Origin: an uncultured virus (IMG/VR IMGVR_UViG_3300045738_002143)
Lineage: Duplodnaviria; Heunggongvirae; Uroviricota; Caudoviricetes
Virus record (IMG/VR): IMGVR_UViG_3300045738_002143
Length of the DNA: 24,637 nt
Strand: one strand, 5' to 3'
How positions within the stretch are numbered: position 1 is the first letter of the stretch; each line of letters starts with the position of its first letter. Position numbers and translations under genes: made by a program. This document shows, piece after piece, positions 8,684 through 16,177 of the stretch. Below the pieces are notes generated by a model. The model worked only from the letters and a program-made list of their open reading frames with translations, had not been told where the DNA came from and did not search any database.

Positions 8684-9316
8684 ATGCGGATCATTTATCC
8701 ACCAAGGCCGAAGGGCAAGATAACCCCAAGCCAGCTAGACACTTACGACAAAACTGGTCGATGGCTCGTCCAGCGTAAATTCAATGGTACTCGGAATCCG
8801 ATCCACGTATCGCCGGATGGCGTTGTCAGTATGTTCGGGCGGCATGGTGAGGAACATCGGCAGTTTGAGATGTCGAAATCTCTGGCTGACGAAATTCTAT
8901 CGCTCAATCTTGAGTTGGGAAAAGAATATTGGTTTGATAGTGAACTTCTCGCCTTCAAAACCAAAACCCCTCAGTACAAGGGTAAGGTGGTTCTCTTCGA
9001 CTTGCTTCAAGCGGGCCGATACCTCTTCAAGCGTCCTGACCAAGTAATCCGGTTGGAGATGCTCGCTGATATTTGCGGGAATCCACAGGAATACGAACCA
9101 GGAAATTTGGCTTTGCAAGTTACGGAGAATGTCTGGCTTGCTGAAAACTTCTTTTCAGATTTCCGGGTCGAGTTTGATCGCCATCTACAGACTGACGAAA
9201 TTGAGGGAGTGGTTTTGCGTCGTAAAAATTCCACTATCGACAACACGGGAACCAAGGAATACGACATTACGTGGCAAATCCGTTGCAGGAAGCCACACAA
9301 GAATTACACTTGGTAA
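8684..9316 (+). CDS. ATP-dependent ligase adenylation (nucleotidyltransferase) domain protein, no OB domain
   Basis: Motif I QRKFNGTR, III WFDSEL, IIIa VLFDLL, IV EGVVLR; only 210 aa. Confidence 0.8.
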   Translation: MRIIYPPRPKGKITPSQLDTYDKTGRWLVQRKFNGTRNPIHVSPDGVVSMFGRHGEEHRQFEMSKSLADEILSLNLELGKEYWFDSELLAFKTKTPQYKGKVVLFDLLQAGRYLFKRPDQVIRLEMLADICGNPQEYEPGNLALQVTENVWLAENFFSDFRVEFDRHLQTDEIEGVVLRRKNSTIDNTGTKEYDITWQIRCRKPHKNYTW

Positions 9317-9323
9317 TTTCGTA

Positions 9324-9352
9324 TTGACAATGATTCTCGTATCCAATATACA
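9324..9352 (+). promoter_or_regulatory. Sigma70-type promoter for the parB-like gene
   Basis: TTGACA-17-TATACA. Confidence 0.6.
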
Positions 9353-9472
9353 CGAGTCGAAAGGAGGAAGGAGGAAGGTTGCTCGTATCAGACAACAATC
9401 GTCTGCTTGATACTGAACCTTGATCGGTGAGTATTGAATGGAATCTAAATTTCAATCACAGGAGGAAATACC

Positions 9473-10702
9473 GTGGCAAGTAAAACTAAGCAAGATGTAG
9501 TGATAGAACATATTCGTGGCAATTTGTATCGTGTCAAGCATGATCTGATTCAGTTTGCTGATGCTAAGTTCGACCCTGATTCTACAGAACTGTTTTTCAA
9601 AAATCCTCGTCGCACCTTGGTCAAGGGCAAGGTACAGGGTCGGGGATTCTCAAAAGAAGAAATGGCAGAATTACGGGAAGCCATTCGCCAACAAGGCTTG
9701 AACGATCCGCTTCAATTGCGGAAAACAGAAGATGGCACGTTGCAACTTATCGAGGGCGAACGTCGTAAGCGATGTATCGATAAGTTGATTACCGACGAGG
9801 CCGAGTGCTACAACACCGAGACCGGTAAGTTGGAGACAGCGGTCAAAGTGTTTGAGTTCATTGAGTGTCGTGTACACGATCAGCTTGATGATATGGAAGC
9901 GTACCGTATCGCTTTCACCGGCAACGCCACTGGAGTTGACATTGGCGATGGGGCGACCGTGGCCCTTGTTAAGCAGTTGCGCAATTGTGGGGAAACCGAC
10001 AAAGATATCCTCGCTTGCACTGGCAAGAGTATCACATGGCTACGTGATACAGATACGCTTGTTCAGCTTGACGAAATTACGTTTGACGCCTTGGCAACGG
10101 ACGAGATTAATCGGTCAGCGGCTTTAGAATTGGCTAAAGTCGTCGATGTAGAAGATCGCTTGGCTCGATTTGAACGTTCCCAGCAGATTGCCGAAGAGCG
10201 AAATGCCGCTTTTCAGTCGAAGGCTGAAGCAGACCTGGAAAAAGCTGAAATGGACCAGGAAATTGCTGAGGCCACAGTGATTGACGCCGAGTTGACTGGT
10301 TCTGAAAAAGTCAAGTCTAGGGCTAAAAGGAAAGTCTCTACGGCACGTAACAAGGCTGTCAAGAAGCAGGAAGCCGCTACAGCCGCAGAAAGTCGTCCTC
10401 CTGTTGTTGGCACTAAAGATGTCCGAAGTGCGGCTGAGGCCGAGGGTGACGCCGAGAGAGCTATTGTGAAGCTCACAATGGCCAAGATCAACAAGTTTTG
10501 GAATGAGCCATGTGCGGAGATGTCTCGCTCTGGTGGGAAGCTCAAAAATAAGGATGGTGAATCCATTTTGCAAGAAGGCATAGATTTGGATGATGCCAAA
10601 CTTGTTATCATGCTCTGTCGCAGCATTGATGTTGGCAAGCGGGACATTGTTGCCATCCTCAAGCAGCACAATCGCAACAAGAGTCGAAAGCCAAAGGACT
10701 AG
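9473..10702 (+). CDS. ParB/Srx N-terminal domain protein with HTH-like region and long coiled-coil
   Basis: NPR...ELREAIRQQGLNDPL...LIEGERRKRC; GTG start after CAGGAGGA. Confidence 0.85.
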   Translation: MASKTKQDVVIEHIRGNLYRVKHDLIQFADAKFDPDSTELFFKNPRRTLVKGKVQGRGFSKEEMAELREAIRQQGLNDPLQLRKTEDGTLQLIEGERRKRCIDKLITDEAECYNTETGKLETAVKVFEFIECRVHDQLDDMEAYRIAFTGNATGVDIGDGATVALVKQLRNCGETDKDILACTGKSITWLRDTDTLVQLDEITFDALATDEINRSAALELAKVVDVEDRLARFERSQQIAEERNAAFQSKAEADLEKAEMDQEIAEATVIDAELTGSEKVKSRAKRKVSTARNKAVKKQEAATAAESRPPVVGTKDVRSAAEAEGDAERAIVKLTMAKINKFWNEPCAEMSRSGGKLKNKDGESILQEGIDLDDAKLVIMLCRSIDVGKRDIVAILKQHNRNKSRKPKD

Positions 10703-10727
10703 CCACGGCAGTTGTCCTCTGTCGAGA

Positions 10728-10757
10728 GCCGCCCGACGAATCGTCGGGCGGTTTTTT
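10728..10757 (+). terminator. Intrinsic terminator
   Basis: GCCGCCCGACG-aat-CGTCGGGCGGTTTTTT. Confidence 0.85.
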
Positions 10758-10777
10758 ATGCGCTTGGCTATATAACT

Positions 10778-11077
10778 ATGATGATAAAATTATGCCCGCA
10801 TTGTGGCCGTATTCTTAGCATGAAGCTTGAGAACGGTATTTCTTCATGCGACAATTGTTGTCGCATATTCGATTCATCGTCTTACCACCGAACGCTTTCA
10901 GCAGCCTGGGTTGTTCGTCTCTGGCATGTCTATGATCCGTATGTGCTTAAACTAAAGTTTGGTTTTTCGGATTGCGAGGTCGATCTGGTTGAACAATACG
11001 TTATAGACCAAGGGCTTTGCCATGATGAGTTCCTCAAAGTGCTAGATTCCAGAGTTTATTTTGACCAGTCAGCGTAG
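10778..11077 (+). CDS. Zinc-ribbon hypothetical protein
   Basis: CPHCG...CDNC; TATATA box just before ATG 10778/10781. Confidence 0.7.
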   Translation: MMIKLCPHCGRILSMKLENGISSCDNCCRIFDSSSYHRTLSAAWVVRLWHVYDPYVLKLKFGFSDCEVDLVEQYVIDQGLCHDEFLKVLDSRVYFDQSA

Positions 11078-11186
11078 TTATTTTTTCTAGTGTGTTGATT
11101 TTTAAAAGTGGTTAGGGTAGACTGATGTGATCCATTGACATCAAATCCACGTCGTTGGCCCCGATAGCAGAACAGGATCGATTTTG

Positions 11187-12257
11187 ATGCAGGATGTGAG
11201 GATATTCGGTCTTAGCGGGACAGAAAGATACGCTCAGCGTGTGGCTGATTATCTTGACATGCCCTTATCTCCCCATACTGAAAAATATTTTTCGGACACC
11301 GAGTCGTATCTTAAAAGCGATGTCAACGTGAGGGGGTATGAGTGTTATATCGTTCACTCTACCTATGGTGATGATGATCAAAGCGTTGGTGAAAAGTGGT
11401 GGAACCTTTTGGTCTTTATAGGTTCCTTAATTGATGCTTCATCTGGAGAAATCAGTGTCATTTGCCCTTACTGGGGTTACTCACGCCAGGATAGAAAAAC
11501 AGAAAGTCGGGCACCGATTACTACAAAATACGTTGGGCATCTTTTGAAAAGCATGGGTGTGCGGCGTGCTATTACGATGGATGTTCACAATCTGGGAGCC
11601 TATCAAAACGCTGCCCCTATATCGCCACCGGCTCTTACCGTTGACAACCTAGAACTCAAGAATCTTCTGGCCGATTTTATTCTTGGAATTGGGGATTATA
11701 CCATTCCTGATCCAATAGTAGATAATCCAGAGGACATAGTAGTTCTATCTCCAGATTCGGGGGGTATTGGAAGATGCAGGAGATTTCGTAATACGATGGA
11801 AAATAAACTAAATAAAATGTTGGGTCGAGAAGTCAAGATTGGGTTGGCTTCTATTGATAAAGAACGAATCACTCATATCAATGGTGATGATAAATTAATA
11901 TCTGCTACCGTCACTGGTGGCGATGATATTATTGGTGACGTGGATGGCAAAAGGGTTATTATTTTAGATGATTTAATCGCTAGCGGCAAAACAATTGGCA
12001 CGAGCGTAGCAGCCATTAAAAGAGATGGTGGAGAACTGTGGGCCGCTGCTGCTACGCACGGTGTATTTGTTGGAGAGGCGGATGAGCATTTAAAAGAAGT
12101 TCCACGACTCATCATAGCAGATACTATTCCGCCATTTAGGTTGGATCGGGATAGTTGGAAAGATCGATTGCATGTGATCCCCACAGCGAAAATATTCGCC
12201 CAGGCTATCCGTAGAACTCACGAGCATGGCTCCATCAGTGAGTTAATTCAAGCCTAG
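11187..12257 (+). CDS. prs: Ribose-phosphate pyrophosphokinase family protein
   Basis: YSRQDRK...RAPIT, MDVH, VLSPDSGG, IDKER, ILDDLIASGKT, ATHGVF. Confidence 0.92.
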   Translation: MQDVRIFGLSGTERYAQRVADYLDMPLSPHTEKYFSDTESYLKSDVNVRGYECYIVHSTYGDDDQSVGEKWWNLLVFIGSLIDASSGEISVICPYWGYSRQDRKTESRAPITTKYVGHLLKSMGVRRAITMDVHNLGAYQNAAPISPPALTVDNLELKNLLADFILGIGDYTIPDPIVDNPEDIVVLSPDSGGIGRCRRFRNTMENKLNKMLGREVKIGLASIDKERITHINGDDKLISATVTGGDDIIGDVDGKRVIILDDLIASGKTIGTSVAAIKRDGGELWAAAATHGVFVGEADEHLKEVPRLIIADTIPPFRLDRDSWKDRLHVIPTAKIFAQAIRRTHEHGSISELIQA

Positions 12258-12286
12258 TAGTAGATGGATCACAGGCGAATAAATTG

Positions 12287-12487
12287 CTATGATACCGCCT
12301 CAAGAGGAATTGTTTCTGCTTTATTATCCTGTAATTCCGATCTGAGAACTATAATTTCTTTTTCAGCATTGATGCCGATGCGAACTCGATTGTGATTGTC
12401 TATACGGACAACTGTAATTTCGATGTCCTCTCTACCCGGTACTTTGAGGATAATTTTCTCGTCTTTTTTTCGGCTTAAAACCAACAT
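12287..12487 (-). CDS. csrA: Carbon storage regulator CsrA, copy 2
   Basis: MLVLSRKKDEKI...ITVVRI...VRIGINA...VLRSEL; SD AAGGA. Confidence 0.9.
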   Translation of the reverse strand: MLVLSRKKDEKIILKVPGREDIEITVVRIDNHNRVRIGINAEKEIIVLRSELQDNKAETIPLEAVS

Positions 12488-12571
12488 GCTCTAGTTCCTT
12501 TCTAGAAATGGCATTATTCTCTTGTAGAATAGTAGATGGCCATTTTTTATTCTCGATTTTATTTTTCCAAC

Positions 12572-12600
12572 TTTACAATCACAAGTTTTTGTCGTATAGT
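12572..12600 (+). promoter_or_regulatory. Sigma70-type promoter
   Basis: TTTACA-17-TATAGT. Confidence 0.65.
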
Positions 12601-12700
12601 TTAATAGAGAGAAGAATAACCGGCACAGCAAGTAAACGGTCCCTTGCTAGTTGTCGGAGAAAATAAAAGGACCAGACTACAGGTATCGGGAGAGAACATC

Positions 12701-13285
12701 ATGAGTGCTATTTCGGAAATGCGGCAGAGCGCACAGGCAATGGAAAACGCCGCCGTGCAGTTCGAACGCCAAGCGGATTTGGCTCGTAAGCAATCCGAAG
12801 TGCTGACGAACAGTGCTAACGAATTGGAGCAGTTGGAATCCGATTCCAACGCTGCTTCTAACGGTTCGCCCAAGGAGGCGAAGCGTGGTCCGGGGAGACC
12901 CAAGGGTTCCACTGCTGTGAAGCGTGGTCCGGGGAGACCCAAGGGTTCCACTTCCATTTCCATTCCCACTTCCACTTCTGCGAATCGTGGTCCGGGGAGA
13001 CCCAAGGGTTCTACAAGCAAGAGAGCCAAGAACAAGATGTCTTTGCGTGTTCTCGTTCTTGAAATCCTCAAGACGAATCGTCATGGTCTGGAACTCAAGG
13101 AAGTTGTTTCGGCATGCCGGATTGCCGGTTACAAGTCTAACACGACTGGCGACTTTTCGCAGATCGTCTATCAGACGCTCTACAAGTTGAAGAACGACAT
13201 CGACAAGGTGGAAAAGCGCCAGCTTGTTGTCAAGGATGCCGCAAGCAAGAAGTATAAGCTCAGCCCGAAGCCAAAGGCTGCGTAA
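12701..13285 (+). CDS. Putative nucleoid-associated protein: coiled-coil, three AT-hooks, winged-helix-like C-terminus
   Basis: RGPGRPKGS x3; basic C-terminal domain; GGGAG upstream of ATG 12701. Confidence 0.8.
   Translation: MSAISEMRQSAQAMENAAVQFERQADLARKQSEVLTNSANELEQLESDSNAASNGSPKEAKRGPGRPKGSTAVKRGPGRPKGSTSISIPTSTSANRGPGRPKGSTSKRAKNKMSLRVLVLEILKTNRHGLELKEVVSACRIAGYKSNTTGDFSQIVYQTLYKLKNDIDKVEKRQLVVKDAASKKYKLSPKPKAA
12880..13011 (+). repeat. Intragenic direct repeats encoding AT-hooks
   Basis: 34-bp unit at 12880-12913 and 12919-12952; 26-bp core CGTGGTCCGGGGAGACCCAAGGGTTC again at 12986-13011. Confidence 0.93.
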
Positions 13286-13302
13286 GCTGGCATACGTTAA
13301 AG

Positions 13303-13338
13303 AGGCCCAGTCTACGTTTCGTAGACTGGGCCTTTTTT
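13303..13338 (+). terminator. Strong intrinsic terminator
   Basis: 14-bp stem AGGCCCAGTCTACG-ttt-CGTAGACTGGGCCT followed by a T tract. Confidence 0.9.
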
Positions 13339-13339
13339 G

Positions 13340-13368
13340 TTGCAAGCACAAGAATATCAGGGTACAAT
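13340..13368 (+). promoter_or_regulatory. Sigma70-type promoter
   Basis: TTGCAA-17-TACAAT. Confidence 0.6.
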
Positions 13369-13397
13369 GCGGTGCGACTAATCTGAAAGGACAACCG

Positions 13398-13895
13398 ATG
13401 AGAATAATTTTGCTGTTGATTGTGATTATGATTATGGCCTCCACGCAGTTGGTACACGCTCAAGGGTTGAATGATCCGATTTTTATACCTGGAGTGGGTA
13501 ATGTACGGGTTGGCCCCAGTGGCGTGACGTGAGCGACCACAGGTGCCCCTTTGAAACTTGGGTGAAAGGGGTCTTCCATTCCCGCAGTTGCGGGAACATT
13601 TGAATCTCTCGCTGTAAGGAATACACCCGATTGGCTTAGGATGCCAACCAGCACCGTAGAAGAACGTGCTGCCAGAGAGAAAAAACGTAAGGAGTGGGCT
13701 AGTCAGAAAAGAATTTTAGAAGCAATGGCAAAGTCTGAAGCCCGTAAGCTTAGGATGGCACAGGGGCGAACCTCCTATGGGCGAACCTATAGTCAGGGCC
13801 AATATTACGGGATGAATCGATCATATGGCATTCGTGTTCGACCTATTTACATATATACTCCAACTGGCAGGGTAGTGTATTGGGTTCCATATTAG
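13398..13895 (+). pseudogene. Signal-peptide protein interrupted by two in-frame TGA codons (pseudogene or recoded gene)
   Basis: SD AAAGGA; signal peptide MRIILLLIVIMIMASTQLVHA; TGA at 13530 and 13563; the same frame continues into the 13641..13895 ORF. Confidence 0.55.
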
Positions 13896-13947
13896 AACGG
13901 AATGTGGCTTGGTGTCTAAAAGCTGAGTATTTTTGTCTAAATAATGC

Positions 13948-14364
13948 ATGAAGTTTCGTGAGTTTATCTTGAAAGAAGGCAAGCACCCATCAGAGGGCAA
14001 GTTAGAATACGGCCCTGGAATTAGAGCAGTGATTTGGGTAGATAAAAGTCTTGCCAATTATCGCAAGCTCATTCCCAAGAGCCTAGCATCCAAGCCTCAA
14101 AGATACCTGCCTCATATCACGGTTGTGCGCACCGGTAAAGAGCAGCCCATCACCAACGAAGAGGCATGGGGGAAATATGAGGGCGAAGTGATCCACTTCA
14201 CTTACGATAGTAATATTCAGTTCGATGGGACGTATTATTATCTTAATGTGTTCAGCGATAGGATTGGTGATATTCGTGAAGAGCTTGGTTTGCCACGCTA
14301 TCGGGACGGTCAAGATAAATATCATATTGCTTTGGGGAATGTGAAAAGCGAACCTATATTATGA
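13948..14364 (+). CDS. 2H phosphoesterase with capsid-targeting-like N-terminus (MKFREFILKE)
   Basis: PHITVV and YHIALG (second motif degenerate, HxA); IREELGL spacing typical of 2H proteins. Confidence 0.75.
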   Translation: MKFREFILKEGKHPSEGKLEYGPGIRAVIWVDKSLANYRKLIPKSLASKPQRYLPHITVVRTGKEQPITNEEAWGKYEGEVIHFTYDSNIQFDGTYYYLNVFSDRIGDIREELGLPRYRDGQDKYHIALGNVKSEPIL

Positions 14365-14798
14365 ATTTTAGAAAATGGTTGGAAGTTGACCAAGAGTGGC
14401 CAGATTGGTGGTATGAGAAAACTGGAAGGTTTTCCGATCAGGGGAAGACGGAAGGCGAGGTAGTCATGGACTGGTTGGAACGTCATGAGGTGAAGACCGA
14501 TGAAAATGGAAAATTCATTTTCTATCATGGTACGCCGAAGGGTCGAGAGTTCGACACGTTGAGGCAAGGCACACAGCTTGAGACTGATCCAAAGTCAGCC
14601 GCAGAATTTGCTGCTCATGATCGTGGTCTTGATCCCAAAAGTGACATCGAGGTGATCGAAGTCCATATTGATCCTTATGAGATTTACACAGGGTTTTGGG
14701 CATCACTGAGAGGAGATTATAAATTGTCTGTAGAAAGCATAAGTTGTTGTACGTTCTCGGCACAGAATCCGTGTTTGCCTCGTTCTATAAATTCATAG
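14361..14798 (+). CDS. Putative ADP-ribosyltransferase-fold protein with N-terminus MNFRKWLE
   Basis: FYHGT...G..L.TDPKSAAEFA resembles the ART HGT...T.d...A..Y/FA pattern; ATGA coupling to the upstream gene. Confidence 0.55.
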   Translation: MNFRKWLEVDQEWPDWWYEKTGRFSDQGKTEGEVVMDWLERHEVKTDENGKFIFYHGTPKGREFDTLRQGTQLETDPKSAAEFAAHDRGLDPKSDIEVIEVHIDPYEIYTGFWASLRGDYKLSVESISCCTFSAQNPCLPRSINS

Positions 14799-15244
14799 AT
14801 CACTCCAGTTAACTCCGAGGGTTTGGTGAAGCATTGACATAAGTCAGGGCACGTTAGCGGTTCGTCCGTTGTGAATTCTGCATATCCTTTCTCTTTCCAT
14901 TCTTTCATTTTGTCTCCAACGCTATCGACTTGATAGGCTATATGATGGATGCCTCCAACGCCATTTCTAGCGGCGACCCACTTGCCCACAATTGAGTCTG
15001 GAGTGCCATCTGAAACGAATATTTCAGGTGCCATATGATAGGTTTCATCCGTTGGGGAATGCGACACCCACGGTGTATCTTCTATTTCTTTCTCTGGTGG
15101 CTCCAATGCAATGCATTTAGCCATGCTGCCGTCATCGAAATTAATATCGAACTCAGTTTGGATTTTATAATCGAAAGCGTTAATGAAAAATTGAACTGTT
15201 TTATTGCGATCTGCTGTTCTATAAGCAATGTGGTCTATTCGCAT
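14717..15244 (-). CDS. VOC/glyoxalase superfamily protein (HPPD C-domain/MMCE-like)
   Basis: IDHIAY, GGIHHIAYQVD, QCFTKP...YEFIER...GF...N; SD AAGGAG before ATG 15244. Confidence 0.85.
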   Translation of the reverse strand: MRIDHIAYRTADRNKTVQFFINAFDYKIQTEFDINFDDGSMAKCIALEPPEKEIEDTPWVSHSPTDETYHMAPEIFVSDGTPDSIVGKWVAARNGVGGIHHIAYQVDSVGDKMKEWKEKGYAEFTTDEPLTCPDLCQCFTKPSELTGVIYEFIERGKHGFCAENVQQLMLSTDNL

Positions 15245-15274
15245 ATTATCTCCTTTTAGCACTATGATAGTAAT

Positions 15275-16048
15275 ATGGATGTAAAGTTACGAGAATCTAT
15301 TACGTTGCACAAGATGGAGCAATGTGCGGAGTCAATTAAAAAAGAACTTTTTGCGATTGAGAAATATGAGTCTGTAGAAAAAGATATTTTGATTGTCGTG
15401 AGAGATCAACCTGAGTATATCGAAAGCTGTATTAAGTCCATTGAGCAAAATACTGATAATTACAACATTTACGTTTGGGACAATGGTTCTAGCGAGCCAA
15501 CAAAATCCTATTTAGAAGACTCGTCACACACTATCCGTCGCAGCGAGGACAATCTTGGATTTATTCGCCCGAATAATCAACTTGCTAGCATGGGAAATTC
15601 ACCTTACATAATTCTGTTGAATTCTGATACTGTGGTAAAATCTGGTTGGGATAAGGCGATGATTGGTTGGCTACAACAGAATCCCGATGTTGCTGAGGTG
15701 GGCTATCTTGGGGGGATTTTAGATAAAGAGTGCAAGGGCGGTAAATTCGACTTCGGTAGCGGGGTAGACTACATATGCGGATGGGGACTTTGTGTTTCCC
15801 GTAAAACATACGATGAGTTTGGGCTTTTCGATGAAGAACATTTGGATTTTGCCTATGCTGAAGATGCAGATTTATCTCTCCGTTTGAGGGAGGCGGGTCG
15901 TGAAATTTACGCCCTGCATCTTGATTACGTGATTCACTTTGAAAACAAGACGGCAAAAACCGTTTCCCAGGAACGAGACATGAAGACCACATTTGAGAGA
16001 AACCATGAATACATGCGATTACGCTGGTCAGAGTTTTTGATTCATTAA
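15275..16048 (+). CDS. Glycosyltransferase family 2
   Basis: VWDNGS, NLGF...NN, LLNSDT, GLFDE, AEDADLSLR. Confidence 0.9.
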   Translation: MDVKLRESITLHKMEQCAESIKKELFAIEKYESVEKDILIVVRDQPEYIESCIKSIEQNTDNYNIYVWDNGSSEPTKSYLEDSSHTIRRSEDNLGFIRPNNQLASMGNSPYIILLNSDTVVKSGWDKAMIGWLQQNPDVAEVGYLGGILDKECKGGKFDFGSGVDYICGWGLCVSRKTYDEFGLFDEEHLDFAYAEDADLSLRLREAGREIYALHLDYVIHFENKTAKTVSQERDMKTTFERNHEYMRLRWSEFLIH

Positions 16049-16071
16049 GGCTAGGCTGCCATTTTGGCAGG

Positions 16072-16099
16072 TTTACAACCTTCATTTTGGGAGTATAAT
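16072..16099 (+). promoter_or_regulatory. Sigma70-type promoter for clpX
   Basis: TTTACA-16-TATAAT. Confidence 0.7.
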
Positions 16100-16177
16100 G
16101 GTTCTAAGAAGCGTTAAAGAGGTTAAAGAGTAGAGTTTAAAGTTTAAGAGTGTTTTAAAAGAAGTAGGAAGAAATAC

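Noticed and set aside
11123..11143. Inverted repeat TGATGT-N9-ACATCA upstream of prs
   Set aside because: Only 6-bp arms and a single occurrence; could be chance.
12601..13444. Long antisense ORFs (12601..13071, 12677..13444) and similar ones at 5844..6497, 10124..10669 and 22871..23407
   Set aside because: Shadows of well-supported genes on the opposite strand; no SD or recognisable motifs.
13540..13620. Cobalamin riboswitch (AGGTGCCC...GGGTGAAAGGG...CCCGCAGTTG...GCTGTAA)
   Set aside because: Only partial resemblance: the GGGAA-CCGGTG-AA-TCCGG hairpin and B12 box are not evident, and the segment lies inside a reading frame. A covariance-model search would settle it.
16111..16165. GTT(T)AA(A)GAG-like short repeats in the clpX leader
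   Set aside because: Low-complexity and degenerate; no structure or second occurrence to support a function.
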